In this document: piece after piece, positions 19,327 through 29,251 of the stretch
Layout of the letters: every line of letters starts with the position of its first letter
Numbering within the stretch: the stretch's first letter is position 1
Translations under genes and position numbers: made by a program
From: an uncultured Pseudomonadota bacterium
GTDB taxonomy: Bacteria > Pseudomonadota > Alphaproteobacteria > Rs-D84
Length of the DNA stretch: 64,000 nt
Direction of reading: 5' to 3'
Assembly: GCA_902781465.1 (NCBI GenBank)
Contig: CACZJK010000002.1
Span: 38,783 to 102,782, forward strand
Notes under the pieces: model-generated
What the model was told of the DNA's origin: nothing
Databases searched by the model: none
Seen by the model: the letters and a program-made list of their open reading frames with translations, nothing else

Positions 19327-21759
19327 GTGGCGGGTTTTATCAAAAATATCTTGAAAATGTCAGTAATAGCGCTGGTTGTGCCAAGTGTTGTGTTTGGTGC
19401 GCAACAGCAAAATCCGCGTGGTGCGTCTGGTGCGCGTTCTGCTCGTTCTGCTGATTCTGTAAGCAATGCATCAATCCGTCGTTCTGCTACGTCAGTGATT
19501 GCACGTTCGGCAAATTCTAATAATCGTCAAAGTCGTGCGGTTGTGACTGCGCGTCCGGCAACCGTTCGCACGGCGTCAGTTCGTTCAGTGCGTCCTGTGG
19601 TGGTCACTGGCGGTAATACTGCGCGCGGCGCAACAAAATCTGCTTTTGCTCGTTCTGGGACTAAACAACAGAAAGTTGGTGGGGGAAAGTTATCTCGTGC
19701 TGGTGTTGCACGCGCAACGGCTGTGTTCAATGATATTACTAAAATTGGTGGCGGCTATGCAAATTGTCGTGATGCGTATGCAACATGTATGGATCAAATG
19801 TGTGCAAACGCCAATGATACATATCGCAGATGTTTTTGCAGTGATAGATTCACAGAATTTCGTGAAACAGAAGATAAAATGGATACTGCGTTAAAGATGT
19901 TGGCGGAATTCCAAGACAATAATTTAAACGCTGTTGATAAAACTGCGGCCGAAGTTGATGCTATGTACAGCGCAACCGAGGGTGAAAAAGCTATCAAGAG
20001 AGATTCTTCTGCTTCCAGTGATTTATTACAAAGTGTAACTGATATTTTATCGGGTAAAAAAACAACAACTCAACCGAAACAATCATCTACATCGTTGGGA
20101 ATCTTAGATTTTTCAGGTTTTTCATCAAATAATGATGATATATTTGGCGGTGGTTCTTCTTCTTTGTTTGGTGGAACGTCTTCTTCTTATACAGATGTTT
20201 CAACATTGGAAGGAAAAGAATTGTACGATAATGCAATGCAACAATGCAGTGAAATCACACGCGAAGCATGTGGTGGTGACGCTATGTTTAACCTGGCACG
20301 CAGTGCTTACTCTATAATGATAACTCAAGATTGTAATGCGTATGAAAAAAGCATAAACACAAAGAGAGCGAGTATAGAAGAAACAGTTAGAACCGCCAGA
20401 AAATATTTGATGGAAGCCAGATTGGAAGAACAACGCGCACATAATTCTGCCAGTGTTAATGGATGTCTTGAAAAAGTTGAGAATGAGATTCGCAAGCCTG
20501 TTGTATGTGGCGAAAATTATGAAAAATGTATGGATTATTCTGGACAATACATAGATTATTCAGGAAATCCTGTTTATTCTCAGGCGTTGTTTGGTCTGAA
20601 TAATTTAATTGTTTTGGATGGAACTGCCGATGTTTTGGGTGCAAATCCTAAATTTGATCAATGGTTGGATGAAAAAAGAAAATACGCAGAAACTGCATTG
20701 AATACATGCCGTGATGATGCAGAAACCGTATGGTATGAATTCAAACGTTCTGCCCTTATTCAGATTGCCCAGGCACAAGATGCCAAGATTCAGGAAGTTA
20801 AAGATTCTTGTGTTGCAACAATAAAACAGTGTTATGATAAAAATACTGGGGCTATGAAATCATTGGACAATACAAACACACAAGGAACCGGTGCTGTTGC
20901 GGCGGTTGCTGCGCGTGGTATGTGTTATGACCGTGTTCAGGCTTGTGCGGCATTGTATGGTGATCCGAACGGCTGTAAGTATGATGACGCGACAAAGAAA
21001 TTATCAAATGCAGACGGTAAAAAATGCGGTTTGCAATCTTTGTTGGCTTTCGTTGATACCGTTGACAGCGTAAAAGTTGCCGAAGGATGCGAATCTGTAC
21101 TTACAAAGTATGCACACGAATTATGTCCTGATATTCCAGAAGAAAAAGACGAAGATGGTAATGTTATTGTCGAAGCGGTCCCTTATGGACAATGCGCAAC
21201 TGGAACTATGAAGAAAAGCAAAAATGAATTGCGTGCTGCCATGAACAACAGAATGGAAGTGTTCTGTGTACACGATTTGGTAAATGAAGATGATTCACGT
21301 ACAATTGGCAATTCATCGGCGTTTAATACAAATATTATGAATCAAGTCATCAAAGAAATTTATGACAAACTGGGTATAGCGTTCACCATTGGTTGTGAAG
21401 AAATGGGTGGAACTTGGGTTACTGCTGGTGAAGTTGCACGTCCTGATTATAATATGCTGGTCCAAGAATATTATACAAAATACTATGGAACCACTGTAAC
21501 ATCACTAAGCCAATATAAGTCATTGGGGCTGGAAGATTATGGTTGGTGTATATCCGCTGACAGACAAAATCAATGTTTGAATTTGGGTGAAGAATATACT
21601 ACGGGTCTGGATTCAAACGGTTCTTGCAAATTGACAGATTTGTGGTTTATGGATATGTGTTTGGATATATTACATGGCCGTTGGGATGGCGCAAACTGTG
21701 TGATGGAAAATGTCACCCAAGAAATGGCAGGCGGAACATCTAGCAGTTCAAGAAGATAA
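19327..21759 (+). CDS. Large secreted Cys-rich protein with Arg/Ser/Ala-rich N-terminal region
   Basis: Signal peptide, ARSA-like low-complexity stretch, many CxxxYxxC-type motifs. Confidence 0.8.
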   Translation: MAGFIKNILKMSVIALVVPSVVFGAQQQNPRGASGARSARSADSVSNASIRRSATSVIARSANSNNRQSRAVVTARPATVRTASVRSVRPVVVTGGNTARGATKSAFARSGTKQQKVGGGKLSRAGVARATAVFNDITKIGGGYANCRDAYATCMDQMCANANDTYRRCFCSDRFTEFRETEDKMDTALKMLAEFQDNNLNAVDKTAAEVDAMYSATEGEKAIKRDSSASSDLLQSVTDILSGKKTTTQPKQSSTSLGILDFSGFSSNNDDIFGGGSSSLFGGTSSSYTDVSTLEGKELYDNAMQQCSEITREACGGDAMFNLARSAYSIMITQDCNAYEKSINTKRASIEETVRTARKYLMEARLEEQRAHNSASVNGCLEKVENEIRKPVVCGENYEKCMDYSGQYIDYSGNPVYSQALFGLNNLIVLDGTADVLGANPKFDQWLDEKRKYAETALNTCRDDAETVWYEFKRSALIQIAQAQDAKIQEVKDSCVATIKQCYDKNTGAMKSLDNTNTQGTGAVAAVAARGMCYDRVQACAALYGDPNGCKYDDATKKLSNADGKKCGLQSLLAFVDTVDSVKVAEGCESVLTKYAHELCPDIPEEKDEDGNVIVEAVPYGQCATGTMKKSKNELRAAMNNRMEVFCVHDLVNEDDSRTIGNSSAFNTNIMNQVIKEIYDKLGIAFTIGCEEMGGTWVTAGEVARPDYNMLVQEYYTKYYGTTVTSLSQYKSLGLEDYGWCISADRQNQCLNLGEEYTTGLDSNGSCKLTDLWFMDMCLDILHGRWDGANCVMENVTQEMAGGTSSSSRR

Positions 21760-21785
21760 AAAAACGCCAATTTGGCGTTTTTTTT
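21758..21785. terminator. Bidirectional intrinsic terminator
   Basis: A-run-CGCCAA-T-TTGGCG-T-run between convergent genes. Confidence 0.7.
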
Positions 21786-22200
21786 ATTTATCTTCACCAT
21801 TTAATAATTTCAACATATCCATAATGGTCTTTCGTTGGGAATCTGACGGTAAATTCCAATAAAGATTTATCAATTGCAAAGATTCGTTTTTGCTTAAGGG
21901 GTCATCTTCTTTTGCTTCCGAAACACGCATTGAACGTGTGGCTTTGGTTTCAGGTGGAAAATTACCTGGCAGGCCAGAAAAGAAAAACGCGACAGATGTT
22001 TCTAATGCCTGACTTAAATCAAACAGGCGTGCCGCAGGGATGCGATTGCCGGCGGTTTCATATTTTTGAATTTGTTGAAAACTTACGCCACATTTCTTTG
22101 CCAAATCTGTTTGTGTCATCCCCAGCATAACACGACGCAACTGTAAACGTTTGGCGATGTGTTGATCTACTTCGGTGATAATGATTGCTTTACGGACCAT
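21784..22200 (-). CDS. XRE-family HTH transcriptional regulator
   Basis: VDQHIAKRLQLRRVMLGMTQTDLA..GVSFQQIQKYE..NRI. Confidence 0.92.
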   Translation of the reverse strand: MVRKAIIITEVDQHIAKRLQLRRVMLGMTQTDLAKKCGVSFQQIQKYETAGNRIPAARLFDLSQALETSVAFFFSGLPGNFPPETKATRSMRVSEAKEDDPLSKNESLQLINLYWNLPSDSQRKTIMDMLKLLNGEDK

Positions 22201-22311
22201 TTTATTTCCTTATTGTAAGAAAAACTTCTTATGTTTTACAACATACAATGTTTCTTTTTGTTTTGCAATGAAAAAACATATATGATACCCTTTGTGCATA
22301 AAGGGAAAAAG

Positions 22312-23781
22312 ATGATGAAACCAATTGTTTTATGTATTTTGGACGGCGTGGGAATAAATGCAGATAAATCGCATAATGCGGTGGCGATGGCAAATATGCC
22401 CTATTTTGAAAGTTTATTAAAAGAATATCCTTGTTCGAAATTAAATGCTTCTGGGAACGCAGTTGGCTTGCCAGATGGAATTATGGGAAATTCGGAAGTT
22501 GGCCATATAACAATCGGTTCAGGACGTATAGTAAATCAATTTTTGCGTCGCTTTGAAATTGAAAATTTATCAATAAATGAACCATTAAATAACTTTATTA
22601 AATCAGTTAAAAATGATGGCGGCATTGTCCACGTGGCGGGCCTTATGTCTGATGGTCGTGTTCATGCAAATTTGGCAGATATAATAAAGACTATAAAATA
22701 CATTACAAAAAATGATTTGCGTGTATGTATTCATTTTATCGCTGATGGTCGTGATACACCGCCACAATCTGCACAGAAATATATCGATATAATAAAATCT
22801 GAATTGGCGGCAGATTTAGAAAAAGATACAGTATTTTTTGGAACTTTATCTGGTCGTTATTATGCAATGGACAGGAACAATAATCAGGATAGAACGCAAC
22901 AGGCTTTTGATGCAATAGAACGCGGTGAATCTGAATATCATTATAACAATATTGATTCTGCATTATTGGCGGCGTATGCGCGCGGTGAAACAGATGAATT
23001 TATTAAACCGACAGTCATAAATACAACAAAACTGACAACGCGTGATGGATTCTTGTTCTGTAATTACAGGTCAGACAGGGCGCGTCAAATTATGCGCAAA
23101 GTTGTTGAAAATGGTTGCCATATATTATGCTTTTCCCAATATGGCGAAGGTTTGGATGATGTTTGCCCTGCACTTTTGCCAGATATAAAAACAGAAAATA
23201 CATTGGGTGATATTTTGGCGGCAAACGGTAAATCGCAGTTGCGAATTGCAGAAACCGAAAAATATAATCACGTGACTTATTTTATGGATGCAGAACGTAA
23301 TATAGATTATGAAAACGAAGAAAAAGTTTTAATTCCATCGCCATCTGTTGCAACATTTGATATGAAACCTGAAATGTCTGCAAATGAAATCACAGATGCG
23401 CTTTTGCCACGTTTATCAAAGTTTGATGTTGTGCTGTTGAATTTTGCAAATGGTGATATGGTTGGACACACTGGTAATGAAAGTGCTGCAATAAAAGCAA
23501 TGGAATGTTTGGATAAGCAATTGTCAAAAATTGTTCCTGTGGTGCTTGATTTAGATGGTGCTGTTTTAATAATCGCAGACCATGGTAATGCAGAACAAAT
23601 GTGGGATAACGAACATAACGTTCCGTTGACATCACACACAACAAATCCTGTGCCATTTATAATCGTTTCAAACCACGTATTTGTCGCACATGATGGCGGT
23701 TTAAGTGATATTGCCCCAACAATATTAAAATTATTGGGTATAAAAAAACCGGCCGAAATGACCGGTGAAAGTTTGGTTTAG
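22312..23781 (+). CDS. gpmI: 2,3-bisphosphoglycerate-independent phosphoglycerate mutase
   Basis: ILDG, MGNSEVGH, DGRDTPP, GRYYAMDR, AETEKY, DMVGHTG, ADHGN; start at 22312 after an AAGGGA RBS. Confidence 0.97.
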   Translation: MMKPIVLCILDGVGINADKSHNAVAMANMPYFESLLKEYPCSKLNASGNAVGLPDGIMGNSEVGHITIGSGRIVNQFLRRFEIENLSINEPLNNFIKSVKNDGGIVHVAGLMSDGRVHANLADIIKTIKYITKNDLRVCIHFIADGRDTPPQSAQKYIDIIKSELAADLEKDTVFFGTLSGRYYAMDRNNNQDRTQQAFDAIERGESEYHYNNIDSALLAAYARGETDEFIKPTVINTTKLTTRDGFLFCNYRSDRARQIMRKVVENGCHILCFSQYGEGLDDVCPALLPDIKTENTLGDILAANGKSQLRIAETEKYNHVTYFMDAERNIDYENEEKVLIPSPSVATFDMKPEMSANEITDALLPRLSKFDVVLLNFANGDMVGHTGNESAAIKAMECLDKQLSKIVPVVLDLDGAVLIIADHGNAEQMWDNEHNVPLTSHTTNPVPFIIVSNHVFVAHDGGLSDIAPTILKLLGIKKPAEMTGESLV

Positions 23782-23810
23782 AAAAAATCCTGCAATTGCA
23801 GGATTTTTTT
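23782..23810. terminator. Bidirectional intrinsic terminator
   Basis: AAAAAATCCTGCAA/TTGCAGGATTTTTT palindrome. Confidence 0.75.
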
Positions 23811-24282
23811 ATCTTGTAAGTTGATTAAGTTCATACTTCATTTTTGCCATAGTTATATTATGTGCGATATACCATGTACCTTTATCTGATTTGTTTAACA
23901 ATACTTTGTCACCACGTCCAGAATATTTCGCGTATGGGGTTACATAATGATTTGTATCAATAATTTGGTTGCCGTTCTTTTTATCATAAACATACAAAAC
24001 GCCTTCATGATTGCCCAAAACAACTCCAAGTTGATAAGAATTAGAATAATTTAATTTTGTGATGTTTTTAAAGTTTTCATCTATGCTAACAATAGATCCT
24101 GGTTTTATTTGCCCTACTTTTGATGCAGTGAACACGTGTTCATAATATGGTGTTTTAGCAAATTCATCTAAAGATATAAAAGTGCATTTTATATATGGGG
24201 CGTTATCTTGATCTTTTTCGATTAAAAAAACTTTCATTGTTTTAGTTGAGCTTTCTTCTGCAGGAAGGTATTCTCTTGGCAT
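23809..24282 (-). CDS. Hypothetical protein (GD-x-V...NIT family)
   Basis: 157-aa ORF immediately downstream of tadA; ends NITMAKMKYELNQLTR. Confidence 0.7.
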   Translation of the reverse strand: MPREYLPAEESSTKTMKVFLIEKDQDNAPYIKCTFISLDEFAKTPYYEHVFTASKVGQIKPGSIVSIDENFKNITKLNYSNSYQLGVVLGNHEGVLYVYDKKNGNQIIDTNHYVTPYAKYSGRGDKVLLNKSDKGTWYIAHNITMAKMKYELNQLTR

Positions 24283-24283
24283 G

Positions 24284-24739
24284 TTAATTTCCTTTATGTT
24301 TTCTTTGTTGTTTAAAAAAATCTTTCAGCATTTTTGCAGACTCTTCTGCGTATTCTGGCATTTGAATAACATTTGGTTTCCAAAGGTGTTTGTCGCTTTC
24401 AAATATCTTTGCATTACTGGTTATGCCGCCACCCTTTTCATCTGTTGCTGCAAAATAAATGTTTTTTATGCGCGCAAAAGAAATCGCGGTTGCACACATG
24501 GCACATGGCTCCAGCGTCACATATAAATCGCATCTGTCCAGGAATTTAGCGTTTAATTTTTTACAGGCTTTGTTAATTGCAACAATTTCGGCGTGTAATG
24601 TTGGATTTTTAGATTTTTGAACACAGTTTTCGCCACGTGCGACAATTTTTCCATCGCGAACAATCACCGCGCCAATTGGCACATCTCCATGGGATTGTGC
24701 TTTTTTTGCTAATAAAAATGCTTGATTCATAAAATTCAT
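24284..24739 (-). CDS. tadA: tRNA adenosine(34) deaminase TadA
   Basis: DVPIGAVIV, HAEIVAI, LYVTLEPCAMCATAI. Confidence 0.92.
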   Translation of the reverse strand: MNFMNQAFLLAKKAQSHGDVPIGAVIVRDGKIVARGENCVQKSKNPTLHAEIVAINKACKKLNAKFLDRCDLYVTLEPCAMCATAISFARIKNIYFAATDEKGGGITSNAKIFESDKHLWKPNVIQMPEYAEESAKMLKDFFKQQRKHKGN

Positions 24740-24756
24740 AATGTAAACTTTACACC

Positions 24757-25308
24757 ATGAAATCGAATTTGCAAATTATTTCAGGAAAATATCGTGGCAA
24801 GAAATTAAATTTGCCCATTGATGCGCGTCCAACACAAAATATGGCGCGTGGTGCGCTGTTTAACATGTTAAACGGTATAATTGATACAACAAAACCGATT
24901 GCGGTATGGGACGTGTTCGCTGGTTCTGGTGCTTTTGGACTGGAATGTTTGTCGCGTTTTAATAATTCGATGGTTGTGTTTACAGACAATTCAAAATCGT
25001 CCATAGATACAGTCAAAAAGAACATGATATCAATAAATGAAAGCGCCACTATTGAAATGTGCGATGCAATTGGTGCAATATCGCGTTTTGGCGGAATTTC
25101 TGATTTGTTTTTTGTTGATCCGCCATATCCAGACTTTAATTTTGGGGTTTTGTTTATAAAAAAATTAAGTAAAGTTGTAAAAAGTGGCGCAATTTTAATC
25201 TGGGAATTTGAAAATACACAGAAATTGCCTGATTTTTCTGAAAATTGGGAGGTTTTACGCGACAAAACCTATGGACGCGCCAGGTTTGTGATGTTACAGA
25301 AAAAATAA
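24757..25308 (+). CDS. rsmD: 16S rRNA m2G966 methyltransferase RsmD
   Basis: IISGKYRGKKL, RPT, DVFAGSGAFGLE, DPPY. Confidence 0.93.
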   Translation: MKSNLQIISGKYRGKKLNLPIDARPTQNMARGALFNMLNGIIDTTKPIAVWDVFAGSGAFGLECLSRFNNSMVVFTDNSKSSIDTVKKNMISINESATIEMCDAIGAISRFGGISDLFFVDPPYPDFNFGVLFIKKLSKVVKSGAILIWEFENTQKLPDFSENWEVLRDKTYGRARFVMLQKK

Positions 25309-25426
25309 AATGACGATAATCCGCCTTCGCACAAAAATAATGGTAAATTGTTTCCTTAATAGTGACAATGCTACGGCGGGACACTAAATTTTTAGCCCGC
25401 GGTGTTGCCTTGGTAAAAATTTGTGC

Positions 25427-25487
25427 TTGATTTTTCGCATGTTTTAATAAATAATATACCCCGCATGACACCCTTGGAGGTCATGCG
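25427..25487 (+). promoter_or_regulatory. rplY promoter plus leader hairpin (candidate L25 autoregulatory site)
   Basis: TTGATT-N17-AATAAT, then the stem CGCATGAC/GTCATGCG enclosing ACCCTTGGAG. Confidence 0.55.
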
Positions 25488-25521
25488 ACGAATAAACTAA
25501 TGCTATTAAAAGGATTATAAA

Positions 25522-26142
25522 ATGGCGATTAAATTAAATGCTGAAATTCGCAAAGTTGCTGGCAAGGGGGCCGCACGTGCAGTTCGCAAGAACCAAAACA
25601 TCCCTGCTGTTATCTATGGCGAAAAGAAAGAAGCTGTGTCTATTGAATTGAATGGACGCGAATTCAATATGTTGTTGGTACAACCATCATTGCGAACAAA
25701 ATTGTTTGAAATTACAACTGCTAATGGCAAAGAAGACGCTATGTTGATGGATATTCAATATCATCCAGTGTCTGACAAAGTTGTTCACGTTGATTTTAAA
25801 CGTATCAATGTCAAAGAACCTGTTCATGTTGTTGTTCCGGTAGAAGTTATCAATTCTGATATTTCCAAAGGTATTAAATTGGGCGGTGTTTTGAACTTTG
25901 CTGTTCGTAAAGTTGCATTGGTTGGTTTGGTAGATAAAATGCCTGAAAAAATCACAATCGATTTGACTGACGTCACAATTGGCGACACAATTCACGGTTC
26001 TGATTTGGTATTACCAGAAGGTATTACATTGGGCTTGCACATGGCTGATTTGGCTTTCGCTACTATCGGTGGTAAAATGCCAGAAGAAGCAGATTCTAAA
26101 CAGGCTGCGCCTGCTGCCGCTGCTGCACCAGCAAAGAAATAA
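25522..26142 (+). CDS. rplY: 50S ribosomal protein L25/Ctc
   Basis: GKGAARAVR..IPAVIYG, QYHPVSD..HVDF, GIKLGGVL. Confidence 0.96.
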   Translation: MAIKLNAEIRKVAGKGAARAVRKNQNIPAVIYGEKKEAVSIELNGREFNMLLVQPSLRTKLFEITTANGKEDAMLMDIQYHPVSDKVVHVDFKRINVKEPVHVVVPVEVINSDISKGIKLGGVLNFAVRKVALVGLVDKMPEKITIDLTDVTIGDTIHGSDLVLPEGITLGLHMADLAFATIGGKMPEEADSKQAAPAAAAAPAKK

Positions 26143-26164
26143 TATAACAGATTGTATTATTCAT

Positions 26165-26189
26165 AACCGCCCATTTGGGCGGTTTTTTT
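26165..26189 (+). terminator. Intrinsic terminator after rplY
   Basis: AACCGCCC-ATTT-GGGCGGTT plus T-run. Confidence 0.8.
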
Positions 26190-26249
26190 ATTTGACAATA
26201 CGATTTTTTTGTAATAATGTTCTCTTTATAAAGAATAAAAAGGATAAAA

Positions 26250-26699
26250 ATGTTAGATTTGTACCTTAGCCCTAATGATACACCAGAGTCTAAAAAGACA
26301 ACACATGTCGCAAGGATTATAAAAATACCTTATTTTTTAAATCCATGCTTAGGTTCTGCGAGCGAAATAACACTATATTCTCCAGAAAAAGGTGAATTTC
26401 ATACTCATAGATGGAGCCATTTGCTTGAAACTGCGCAACTTGGGGATTTTGTTGAATATAAAGAATGGATTGAAAATGATGATGGGCAAATTGTTAAAAA
26501 GAAAGGCGAATATTACCGTTATCATAGCAGAGGCGGTCAACTTATAAACCCATTAGCAAAAAAACACAAATATATAGTTAGACAAGTTGTAGAAAATTTA
26601 TCAGAAAATGCCAGAATAGACAATCTTAAGAAAAAGTATAATGAAGAATTAGCACGATTACAATCAGTCAACAAAAGTTTAGAAGAAAAGCATAAGTAA
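26250..26699 (+). CDS. Hypothetical protein (self-contained cassette)
   Basis: Own TTGACA box at 26192, AAGGA RBS, downstream terminator at 26706-26728. Confidence 0.7.
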   Translation: MLDLYLSPNDTPESKKTTHVARIIKIPYFLNPCLGSASEITLYSPEKGEFHTHRWSHLLETAQLGDFVEYKEWIENDDGQIVKKKGEYYRYHSRGGQLINPLAKKHKYIVRQVVENLSENARIDNLKKKYNEELARLQSVNKSLEEKHK

Positions 26700-26766
26700 A
26701 ATATTCCGCCCGTTTTTGGGCGGTTTTTCTTTGAATAAAAACCTGAAATTATTTTATATTTAACCC

Positions 26767-26794
26767 CTTGAAACTACGGTCGCTTTAACTATAT
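26767..26794 (+). promoter_or_regulatory. Putative RpoH (sigma32) promoter of dnaK
   Basis: CTTG-N17-ACTATAT resembles the alphaproteobacterial CTTG-N17-CYTATNT consensus. Confidence 0.55.
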
Positions 26795-26833
26795 TTGTGT
26801 TAAGCGAAAAAAATTACTTAAGGAGTAAAAATT

Positions 26834-28735
26834 ATGTCAAAAGTATTAGGTATTGATTTAGGTACAACAAATTCCGCTATGGCTTTCATGGATGGAAATG
26901 ATCCAAAAATTATCGAAAACAGCGAAGGTCAACGTACAACGCCTTCTGTTGTTGCAATCACAAATAATGGTGACCAATTGGTTGGTATTACCGCAAAAAA
27001 CCAGGCTGTCACAAATCCTGAAAATACAATTTATGAAATTAAACGTTTAATGGGTTTAAGATTTGACAGCGAAGCCGTCAAAGAAATTCAAAAACGCGTT
27101 CCTTATAAAATCGTTGCGGGCGATAATGGTGATGCCTGGGTTGAAATCGAAGGCAAAAAATATGCCCCTTCTCAAATCTCTGCGATGATTTTGTCTAAAT
27201 TGAAAAAAGACGCAGAAGCCTATCTGGGTGAAACAATCACAGATGCAGTTATTACAGTTCCTGCATATTTTAATGATTCACAACGTCAGGCTACAAAAGA
27301 CGCCGGTCGTATCGCAGGCTTGAACGTATTGCGTATTGTCAATGAACCAACAGCGGCTGCTTTGGCGTATGGTTTGGATAAAAACAAAGATGGTACAATT
27401 GCGGTGTATGACCTTGGTGGTGGTACATTCGATGTTTCTATATTGGAAATCGTAGATGGGGTGTTCGAAGTTAAATCTACCAATGGTGATACAGAATTGG
27501 GCGGTTCAGACTTTGATGCACGCGTTTTGAAATATTTGATGGACGAATTCAAATCACAAACAGGTATTGATTTGTCTAACGATAAATTGGCTTTGCAACG
27601 TTTAAAAGAAGCCGCAGAAAAGGCAAAAATCGAATTGTCTTCTAAGACATCAACAGATATTAATTTGCCTTATTTGACAGCCGATGCCACAGGTCCAAAA
27701 CATTTCAACACAACACTTACACGTGCTAAATTGGAATCTTTGGTTGCTGATTTGATTGAAAAGACAATTGAACCTTGCAAAAAGGCTTTGAAAGATGCGG
27801 GTCTTACAACATCCCAAATCAACGAAGTTATTTTGGTTGGTGGTCAAACACGTATGCCAAAAGTTGTTGAAACAGTAAAAGAATTCTTTGGTAAAGAACC
27901 TCACAAAGGCGTAAACCCTGATGAAGTTGTGGCTTTGGGTGCCGCAATTCAGGGTGGTGTTTTGAAAGGCGAAGTCAAAGACGTTTTGTTGTTGGATGTC
28001 ACCCCGTTGTCTTTGGGTATTGAAACATTGGGTGGTGTGTTCACACGTTTGATTGACAGAAATACAACGATTCCAACCAAGAAATCTCAAATCTTCTCTA
28101 CTGCCGAAGATAATCAATCAGCCGTAACAATTCGTGTATTCCAAGGCGAACGTGATATGGCGGCAGATAATAAATTGCTTGGTCAATTTAATTTGGAAGG
28201 TATTGCACCTGCCCCACGTGGTATGCCTCAAATCGAAGTATCTTTTGATATCGATGCGAACGGTATTGTTCATGTATCTGCGAAAGATAAAGGCACAGGT
28301 AAAGAACAAGCGATTTCTATTAAATCTGACGGTGGTTTAAGCGAAGAAGAAATCAAACGTATGGTTGATGAAGCCGCTGCTAATGCCGAAGCAGATAAAA
28401 AGAAAAAAGAATTGGCCGAAGCCAAAAATACAGCAGAAACAGCAGTGTTCAGCATTGAAAAATCACTGAAAGAACATGGTGATAAGATTTCTGCCGAAGA
28501 ACGCCAGGCAATTGAAGATGCCAAGAAAGAATTGTCTGATGAATTGGCAAAGGCTGATGCGACTGCGGAATCTTTAAAGGCAAAAACAGATGCTTTGACA
28601 GAAAAGGCTATGAAATTGGGCGAAGCGGTCTATAAAGCCGCCCAGGCTGAACAAGCGGCCCAACAAAACGGCCAATCAGAATCTTCTGAATCTGGTGATA
28701 AAGGTGCCACAGACGCAGATTTTTCTGAAAAATAA
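26834..28735 (+). CDS. dnaK: Chaperone DnaK
   Basis: [36 protein letters not shown]. Confidence 0.99.
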   Translation: MSKVLGIDLGTTNSAMAFMDGNDPKIIENSEGQRTTPSVVAITNNGDQLVGITAKNQAVTNPENTIYEIKRLMGLRFDSEAVKEIQKRVPYKIVAGDNGDAWVEIEGKKYAPSQISAMILSKLKKDAEAYLGETITDAVITVPAYFNDSQRQATKDAGRIAGLNVLRIVNEPTAAALAYGLDKNKDGTIAVYDLGGGTFDVSILEIVDGVFEVKSTNGDTELGGSDFDARVLKYLMDEFKSQTGIDLSNDKLALQRLKEAAEKAKIELSSKTSTDINLPYLTADATGPKHFNTTLTRAKLESLVADLIEKTIEPCKKALKDAGLTTSQINEVILVGGQTRMPKVVETVKEFFGKEPHKGVNPDEVVALGAAIQGGVLKGEVKDVLLLDVTPLSLGIETLGGVFTRLIDRNTTIPTKKSQIFSTAEDNQSAVTIRVFQGERDMAADNKLLGQFNLEGIAPAPRGMPQIEVSFDIDANGIVHVSAKDKGTGKEQAISIKSDGGLSEEEIKRMVDEAAANAEADKKKKELAEAKNTAETAVFSIEKSLKEHGDKISAEERQAIEDAKKELSDELAKADATAESLKAKTDALTEKAMKLGEAVYKAAQAEQAAQQNGQSESSESGDKGATDADFSEK

Positions 28736-28758
28736 TTAAGGATTCTCCCTTCCTTAAA

Positions 28759-28782
28759 AAAAACCGCCCAAACGGGCGGTTT
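28759..28782 (+). terminator. dnaK terminator; first copy of a 24-bp direct repeat
   Basis: AAAAACCGCCCAAACGGGCGGTTT, identical to 29225-29248. Confidence 0.8.
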
Positions 28783-28845
28783 TATGTTGAATTGTTTATT
28801 TTTTATTGTATAGTGCTGTTGCGAGACATATAAAGGATATAAAAT

Positions 28846-29226
28846 ATGGCAAATTCATATCTTGAAGATATTGGCGACAAAGGTTCGAAATTATATGATT
28901 TTATTAATAATGTAAATCAAAAGGCAGTGGTTTATGCTGTTTATGTTTTAAATAATAAAATCGCTGTCAAATGTTACAGCCCTGTTTTTGGTGATTTAGT
29001 AATACGTGATGCTGAACGTATGGGCGTTAGAGATATTCGTCGTGGCGACATAGTTGTTGTTTCGTGTGCTTTTGATGAACTTGGTAAAGAAATTTTTGTA
29101 ATAAACGAAAATATAACACAAAAAGAAATTCAAGCGGCTGGTGTAAGAAAAATACTGAAAGACTTTAACGAAATTGAACACCAAAAAATATCATTTGCGG
29201 CTGCAAAAAAACAATTAACAAAATAA
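28846..29226 (+). CDS. Hypothetical protein (GD-x-V...NIT family)
   Basis: Own promoter (TTGAAT..TATAGT), AAGGA RBS; ends KKQLTK. Confidence 0.7.
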   Translation: MANSYLEDIGDKGSKLYDFINNVNQKAVVYAVYVLNNKIAVKCYSPVFGDLVIRDAERMGVRDIRRGDIVVVSCAFDELGKEIFVINENITQKEIQAAGVRKILKDFNEIEHQKISFAAAKKQLTK

Positions 29227-29248
29227 AAACCGCCCAAACGGGCGGTTT
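29225..29248. terminator. Bidirectional terminator; second copy of the 24-bp repeat
   Basis: Identical to 28759-28782; lies between convergent genes. Confidence 0.8.
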
Positions 29249-29251
29249 GTT

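Noticed and set aside
24750-25265. 171-aa minus-strand ORF
   Set aside because: Fully antisense to rsmD; a shadow ORF like most short overlapping ORFs in the track.
25321-25379. CCGCCTTCGC...GCTACGGCGG inverted repeat, similar to 33110-33135
   Set aside because: Probably degenerate REP-like remnants; too short and diverged to support a functional claim.
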